Below, in pieces: positions 56,938 to 64,000 of a stretch of DNA of 64,000 bases. Both the position numbers and the translations under genes were made by a program. The stretch covers positions 20,398,001 to 20,462,000 of the forward strand of contig OX597820.1 of assembly GCA_951406725.2 (NCBI GenBank). Direction: 5' to 3'. The notes below the pieces were generated by a model that was not told the DNA's origin, did not search any database, and saw only the letters and a list, made by a program, of their open reading frames with translations. Each line of letters opens with the position of its first letter. The stretch's first letter is position 1. Origin of the DNA: Octopus vulgaris (taxonomy: Eukaryota).

Positions 56938-58878
56938 TTCTGTCTACTGTAGGCAGAAAGTCGGTTTTATCGATCCCAGTGCGTTTCTGGTATATATTTT
57001 ATAGACCACGGGAAAGTGGAAGTCAAATTCAACTTCGGTAGCATTTGAACTCAGAACGTAAAGAACCTGAAGAGATGCTGCTAAACATTTTGTCCGACGT
57101 GCTAACGATTCTGCCATGTCGCCGCCTTTAACAAATTGGTTTCAAGTTTTGGCACAAGGCCAGCAAATTTCGGGGGAGGGGTAAGTCGATTATGTCGACC
57201 CCAGTGTTTCACTAGTACTTGATTTATCGGCCCCGAAAGGATGAAAGACAAACTCAATCTCGGCAGTATTTGAACTCAAGATTACGTGAACAATGTTTTC
57301 GAATAATTGTTCGAAAACAATTATTCGAAAACCATTTATTCGAATGGAGAATTGTATGAATTAAAATTATTCAAAAGGGCAATTATACGAAATGCAGTGG
57401 GACTGAACCCGGAACCATGTGGTTCGTAAGCAATTTCTTACGAACTCTTATTATATAGTAACTGCGAGTTAGCAGAATCGTTAGCGCGTCGGACAAAATG
57501 CTTAGTTGTGTTTCTTCCGGATCTTTATGTTCTGAGCTCCGTTTCATGAAAATTATTCGAAAACAATTATTGGAAAAACAGTTATTCGAAATAAATACCA
57601 TTCGTGTACTTCAGTTTTAGTTTTATCATTTTGATTTAAATAAAATTAATAACGTATCTCCTTTACTTGTTTCAGTCATTTGACTGCGGCAATGCTGGAG
57701 CACCGCCTTTTAGTCGAGCAACTCGACCCCGGGACTTATTCTTTTTGTAAGCCCAGTACTTATTCTATCGGTCTCTTTTTGCCGAACCGCTAAGTTACGG
57801 GGACGTAAACACACCAGCATCGGTTGTCAAGCAATGCTAGGGGAACAAAGACAGACCCCAAACACACACACAAACATATATATATATTTACATATATACG
57901 ACAGGCTTCTTTCAGTTTCCGTCTACCAAATCCACTCACAAGGCATTGGTCGGCCCGGGGCTATAGCAGGAGACACTTGCCCAAGATGCCACGCAGTGGG
58001 ACTGAACCCAGAACCATGTGGTTGGTTAGCAAGCTACTTACCACACAGCCACTCCTGCGCCTATTATATAAACCCCAAAAGGATAAAAAGCAAGCTTGAC
58101 TTTGAGCTCAGAACGTAGAGTCAGAATAAATGTCGCGAGTTATCTTGCCCCGAACGATTCCGCCGGCTCGCAACCTTTTAAATTTAGTATTAACTATAAA
58201 CTTCCATTTCACGAATTAACAAAGGAGCGTCAACGTAGTTGCCAGACCTGCTAGAAATAGCAGCCGTATATACTTTTCTACTCTAGGTACAAGGCCCGAA
58301 ATTTTGGGGGCGGGGGCCAGTCGATTAGATCGACTCCAGTACACAACTGGTACTTATTTAATCGACCCCGAAAGGATGAAAGGCAAAGTCGACCTCGGCG
58401 GAATTTGAACTCAGAACGTGGTGGTCCGAGAAGAGGGGAAGAAGGAGGGAACCCACCGGCTGTTGCAGGCGGCACTCACTCTTGCTAAGTCACTGAGAAG
58501 ATTTAATGTTTTAGATAGGAAAAAAAAGAAAAAAGCTAAACAAAACAAAACAAAATTTAATTTCCACTCATAAATCCACACCCGTTGTTTTACGTAAATA
58601 TGACATGCGCCCAGACGCATTTAAAGATTGATTGCTTTTCATCGAAGACGTCTCAAGCTGTGGTTTTTTGCGACGCCATAACCGATATGCCGTTCAACTA
58701 TGTAGCATTTTCTGACCTACAACGAGTGAATTGTTCAAGGGTTTGAGCGTTCTCTCCGTACAATGTCTATATTTGCTGTCATGTTTTAGAATATTTCTAA
58801 AAAATAATATCTCGAATACTTGAGATATTATATTATATATGACACACAACATGAGTAAGTAATAAGTGTGGCCGATCA

Positions 58879-58920
<42 letters not shown>

Positions 58921-59183
58921 TTCCTTTCCCTTTTTTCCTCACCCCCCTCGTTTAAAGTTTATTTTATCCCCCCCCTTTTCTTGTCCTCTTTCTTTCCATT
59001 TACGATCCCTTTTGATAGAAAACCAAACCCCTTCTTTTACCCCCAAAAGAAAAGCTCTACCTTGTAATTTTGTCATGTCTGTGTGGAGCCCTGTGTGGCT
59101 AATAAAGAAACATATCTATCTATCTATCTTATCTTTACAGGCAAAGGTTGACAGTGGGCCATCTACCTGTCTATCAGTCTATA

Positions 59184-59221
<38 letters not shown>

Positions 59222-59297
59222 TAAACAGTAAAAATAATTACAGACATGGACAAGAACATGAAACACCACAGAGACGACACAAGAACCACAGGACGGG

Positions 59298-59444
59298 ACA
59301 TTCGAAGCCCTCAGTCATCAGTCAAGAACCAGATCATCTTAGCAATTTCGGCTGATTAATCTTGAGATTGCTCCGATTTGGGCAGCCCGCCAAGGGAAAT
59401 CTAAGCCAAGCGCATTAGATCCCCTGGAAGAAAGCTTCGAATGT
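59298..59444 (-). ncRNA. Candidate rearranged hammerhead (unit B2)
   Basis: Copy of 45558-45704. Confidence 0.65.
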
Positions 59445-59717
59445 ATACAACACGAGGACGGAAAACGAACGAAGTACACGAACAAAAATACAGAATACGT
59501 GACACCAATAAGAATACAAAAACGTAAAAACAATAACGGTAAAAATAAAAAACAAAACAAAACCAGGACGTAGGACAAGGGTCTTTCGACAGGACGAGTT
59601 GAGTTTAGGGCTGGCTTATGAAGTTGTGCCTAATGGCCGCAGGGAGACGAACAAATACGTGTTGCTTCGGCGACTGCTGGAACGAAAAGAGCGCTCAACA
59701 GTGGCTAGCGGTCACGT

Positions 59718-62700
59718 TGTTTTATTACTACCCACAAGGGGCGAACATAGAGGGGACAAAACAATCTGATTTGGGGTCAGACATACGGATGGTTTTTACA
59801 CAAAATCGGGTTTAAAAATATCATGAAATTACAAGAATACACACAAAATCGAATGATGGAATAGACCGGAAGACATTACAGATGGAGTGGGTGCGGGTTT
59901 AGCTCGGACCCCACGAGCCCCGCCTCCCCACTGATACTTTTGGTTGCACTTGGTATTACATTTATGTTGTAACTTTCATTCGCAACTTTCGTGCTACATC
60001 CTTCCATCGTTCTTCATACACTCTCCTAGTCAGGCATATTCTCTCCAGCCCTATCTTCCTTTTCAGGTGAAAGATGAAGTAATTCATCAAACCAGGGCCA
60101 GAGATGAACTTGCCTGACTGTAAACCTTTCATTGTATTCACTCCAACGACGCCGTGAACGCTACATTATCTGTATGATGTGGAAAATATTCCATCAGCAC
60201 TGTCCGAATGATGTTGGCATCACCTTCAAAATGTCTTTGGAAAATTCCTTCAAACAGTACCGGACAAACCACCCACACCCGGATATGTCTTCCATATCAC
60301 TTCTTTCGCAATTGCTACTACAACGAGAAAACGAAACTTACCTTCATTCACGAGGAAATCCGGTGGGTCAATTTTTGTAATCGACTCAGTCGACAGCTGT
60401 ACTCTTCGTGTACCTGACAACAGCTGTTCGGCATAAACCCACACCTCAGACACGTCCGGACAATGAACAATAGCGTGCGGGACGGTTTCCCTATCCCGCC
60501 CGCATCTTGGACATATCGGACTGTCTTGGCCACCGTGCCTTGCGAGTTTATCCCGAACAGGTAGAGCTCCTCTGTAGCATTGCCATGCCAGAGACTTCTG
60601 GAAGTTGTCCAGTGTCCTCGGCTTGAACGTACGTCGGAACAGACTGGCCAGCTGATTATCGTCGAGACCTAGGGTTTCCCCCAAGGTATCTTCACATTCC
60701 GCCTCTACCAACCCTCTATAGAAGAATGTGGTGGAACCCCCACCGCAGGCGTTGCCCGAGCGACGGAATAGCAGGAGAGCCTTGCGACACTCCGTGTACC
60801 AAGTACCAAGTTTCGATCTACGATTCAGCCAGGTTTCCCATCCACCGAAACTAGTGAACTTGGGAAACATCAGTTTTGCTAGCGAAGACCACACCCGTTC
60901 ACCATCCAGGTAGAGCCACAGATGTCTTAACCTCAGCGCATGTCTGCGCATCATCAGCCAAGGCATCCCTAGCCCACCCTTTAACGGTTGTTGACAGCAA
61001 GTAGAGCGTTTCACAAGTGGTTTCCCGCCCTTCCACAAGAAGTAGAAGAGCTGTCTTTCCAACTTGATCAACCACGAATCAGGGCAAGGAACGACGGAAA
61101 GGCGGTAGGTGATAACCGATGCGATAAACACATTGGCCACCTCCGCCCTCCCTTTCAGGGATAGCCACCGCCAAGACCAGGTCTTGGCTACTGCAGCCAC
61201 CTTGCTCGTTACCTCGCCCCAATTCTTCTCTATTTGGAGGTCTGGACCGAACCAGACCCCTAGCAGTTTAATCGGACCCTCCGTCCAACGTCCCACGACG
61301 CTGTCAGGAGGCATCGACTTGCCTCTCCAGGTGCCGAGTTGCAAGCCGACTGACTTTTCGCGATTAACTTTTGCTCCTGTCACCGTCTCGTAAACCTCTA
61401 TGGCCTTGCCTACTTTACATAGGTGGTCCATTTCGGTTACGATGATGGTGATGTCATCCGCGTACGCTGACACTGATTTTCCGTTACTTGGCTGTCTCGG
61501 GATGCCGCTCAGTTTTCGCAGTAATGGCTCAAGAGCCATCACGTACAAAAGCGGGGAGAGCGGACACCCTTGACGAACCGAGCGTTTGATTTTGAACGGC
61601 TTCGACAAGAAGCCGTTCACCCGAACTACCGAGTCGATGTTATCATAAATTTGGATAATCCACCTGAGGAAGCCAAGGCTCAGCCCGAACTGTGCCAGGG
61701 CAGATACCAGGTACCGATGGTCGACCCTATCAAAAGCTTTAGATTGGTCTAAATGGACCAGTGCCCCACTCTTGCCAGAATCACTATTAAACCCCTCTAT
61801 AGTGTACCGCATTAGATGGAGATTATCCTGAATGGATCTGCCCGGAACGGCACATGTCTGTGCCCCTCCGATCAGATCATCCGCGACACGCGCCAATCTT
61901 TTCGATAACACTTTGGCCAAAATCTTCAACTCTGTGTGTAGCAGAGTGATGGGCCTGAAATTATCAATGCACTCCCCCTTGCTCGGGTCCTTTCTGACGA
62001 GAGTCACTACTCCCCGGCGCACAGATCTGGGTATAAGCCCGTTCTGCTGCCAGTTCGCGTAGACCTCCGCCAGTAGGTGCCCGAACAAGTCTGGCATACT
62101 CTTATATAACTCATAGGGTAGACCATCCAAACCCGGCGCCTTGCCCGCGCCGCAGTCCGCCATTGCCTCAATCACCTCCTCAGGCGTGATTGGCCCTTCA
62201 CAGCCCTCCGCATCTCGCCCCGATAAGCGCGGCAGCCCGTCGAGAAGGTCCGTAAAGGCCCTCCTCCTATCCAGTCCGCCGCACTCACCGAAAAGCTGAG
62301 CGAAGTGCTCCTGAAAGGCCTCACACATCTCCTCGGGCTCGTTTATCAACTCACCTTGTTGGTTCGTCAAAGATCGAATCGTGGCATCGTTACCATGCTG
62401 AGCTTCCACCACTCGGGCCCATCTCACGGCGTTGATTCCTTCACATCCCATATGGCGGATTCTAGCCCTGACAATGCAGCCCATGTGTTTGGCCTCGAGG
62501 TGCTGGTTTAACACCAGTCTCTTGGACGCCACCTGAGCCGCAGAGCCAGTTTTCAGGGCTTCCTCTAATTCCTTAACTAGAGTAGTTTCCCTTCTAGCCT
62601 CTCTAGCCACTACTCCTATGCTATATCTAATAGACTCAAACTTGATGGCTCTTTTGAGGGCGTACCACCATTTGTTATTAATGATGGTACCAGATAGTGC

Positions 62701-62816
62701 CCTCTGAATTATATCCCTAATCCGGTCTTTGTACTCCTTAATCGCCAAAAGGGACGTATTAAGTTTCCAGTAACCGGATCCTCTATTTTTAACCTTATCT
62801 ATGTCAAGCTTACAAG
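59718..62816 (-). mobile_element. LINE B copy (unit B2)
   Basis: Same 17 bp TSD (59701-59717, 62817-62833) and same foreign insert (60131-60290). Confidence 0.93.
60250..62748 (-). CDS. Tx1/L1-like ORF2 fragment, 832 aa open frame (RT + Zn finger, no endonuclease, chimeric C-terminus)
   Basis: RT motifs through YADD are intact in frame; the 5' truncation removes APE; the last ~12 codons come from the antisense LINE A insert. Confidence 0.8.
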   Translation of the reverse strand: MAIKEYKDRIRDIIQRALSGTIINNKWWYALKRAIKFESIRYSIGVVAREARRETTLVKELEEALKTGSAAQVASKRLVLNQHLEAKHMGCIVRARIRHMGCEGINAVRWARVVEAQHGNDATIRSLTNQQGELINEPEEMCEAFQEHFAQLFGECGGLDRRRAFTDLLDGLPRLSGRDAEGCEGPITPEEVIEAMADCGAGKAPGLDGLPYELYKSMPDLFGHLLAEVYANWQQNGLIPRSVRRGVVTLVRKDPSKGECIDNFRPITLLHTELKILAKVLSKRLARVADDLIGGAQTCAVPGRSIQDNLHLMRYTIEGFNSDSGKSGALVHLDQSKAFDRVDHRYLVSALAQFGLSLGFLRWIIQIYDNIDSVVRVNGFLSKPFKIKRSVRQGCPLSPLLYVMALEPLLRKLSGIPRQPSNGKSVSAYADDITIIVTEMDHLCKVGKAIEVYETVTGAKVNREKSVGLQLGTWRGKSMPPDSVVGRWTEGPIKLLGVWFGPDLQIEKNWGEVTSKVAAVAKTWSWRWLSLKGRAEVANVFIASVITYRLSVVPCPDSWLIKLERQLFYFLWKGGKPLVKRSTCCQQPLKGGLGMPWLMMRRHALRLRHLWLYLDGERVWSSLAKLMFPKFTSFGGWETWLNRRSKLGTWYTECRKALLLFRRSGNACGGGSTTFFYRGLVEAECEDTLGETLGLDDNQLASLFRRTFKPRTLDNFQKSLAWQCYRGALPVRDKLARHGGQDSPICPRCGRDRETVPHAIVHCPDVSEVWVYAEQLLSGTRRVQLSTESITKIDPPDFLVNEGKFRFLVVVAIAKEVIWKTYPGVGGLSGTV

Positions 62817-63136
62817 GTGGCTAGCGGTCACGTGAGAACAAAAGACAGGAGAAAGGGACAGATGAAAAGAGAGAGAAGGTGGACGAGGGAGGAGAAGAAA
62901 GAGACAGATCGAGAAAAAATATTTTCTCGAAAAAATCTTTATCACTGTCCAGCATATTAAAAAATACCTTTAACGGTTAAATTTATAAACAATTCATAAA
63001 TGAGGGCAAAGGAAAAAAATTCTAATGCCAAAGATGCCGAAAAATTGGACATATTGTCCATTAACCATATAATTTTTTCACAATACGCACGTTACTCGAA
63101 AAAAGGCCGACAGAAATTTCTAAAAAATTCCATTAT

Positions 63137-63194
63137 TACCATATCGGACCGATTTCAGAGTTAGCTACTAAGAGCCCTCTCTTCGTCAGTGATA
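63137..63194 (-). ncRNA. Type I hammerhead ribozyme (unit B2)
   Basis: Identical to 35547-35604. Confidence 0.8.
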
Positions 63195-63233
63195 CATGTG
63201 GCAAAAGAAATAAATGAGATACTTACTCATACC

Positions 63234-63279
<46 letters not shown>

Positions 63280-63886
63280 TCTTTTATTTGTTTCAGTCAT
63301 TTGACTGCGGTTATGCTGGAGCACCGCCTTTAGTCGAACAAATCAGCCCCAGAACTTATTCTTTCTAATCCTAGTACTTATTCTATCTCTAAGTTACGGA
63401 GAAGTAAACACACCAGCATCGGTTGTCAAGCGACGGTGGTGGTGGGGACAAACACAGACACACAAACACTCACTCACATATATATATACATATATCCGAC
63501 AGGCTTCTTTTAGTTTCCGTCTACCAAATCCACTCACAAGGCTTTGGTCGACCCGAGACTATAGTAGAAGACACTATATGCCCAAGGTGCCACGTAGTGG
63601 AACTGAACCCGGAACCATGTGGGTGGTAAGCAAGATACCACACAGCCACGTCTGCGCCTACATACATACATACATGCATGCATGCATGCATGCATGCATG
63701 CATGCATGCATGCATGCATGCATGCGTACATACATACATACATACATACATACATACATACATACATACATACATACATACATACATACATACATACATA
63801 CATACATACATACATACATACATACATACATACATACATACATACATACATACATACATACATACATACATACATACATACATACA

Positions 63887-63917
<31 letters not shown>

Positions 63918-64000
63918 GCTAATGATTCTGCCAGCTCACCGCCTTTATTCTTTTCTATACTATGCACAAGATCCGAAACTTTTGGTCGACCCAGAACGCA

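Larger units (their letters stand above)
33190..64000. repeat. Large tandem array: units U0 (~33.2-38.0 kb), A1 (~38.0-43.9), B1 (~43.9-51.8), A2 (~51.8-57.7), B2 (57.7 to beyond end); higher-order period ~13.75 kb
   Basis: The same landmark recurs at ~33200, 38001, 43930, 51821 and 57666; near-identical short ORF translations recur; A1/A2 and B1/B2 share their large insertions. Confidence 0.97.

Overview
Eukaryotic, AT-rich, repeat-saturated DNA. The SINE and microsatellite repertoire looks like an octopus genome (inference). I found no supportable host protein-coding gene; most ORFs in the track are microsatellite or SINE artefacts. Main content: (1) a complete ~6.1 kb Helitron (11052-17191, minus) whose RepHel frame appears broken by one frameshift, plus non-autonomous Helitrons; (2) a ~4 kb (TA)n block with short islands; (3) from ~33.2 kb to the window end, a tandem array of a ~4.8 kb unit with a ~13.75 kb higher-order period, in which alternating units carry a deleted CR1-group LINE or a 5'-truncated Tx1/L1-group LINE; (4) many tRNA-derived SINEs and mariner/pogo remnants. 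The most unusual signal is RNA structure. Besides canonical and minimal hammerhead ribozyme motifs, two sequence families with no similarity I can see outside the core (18552-18650 +; 34828-34973 - and copies) carry the hammerhead catalytic core in a non-circularly permuted strand order, with stem II replaced by a four-way junction. All folds were derived by eye and need computational and biochemical confirmation.
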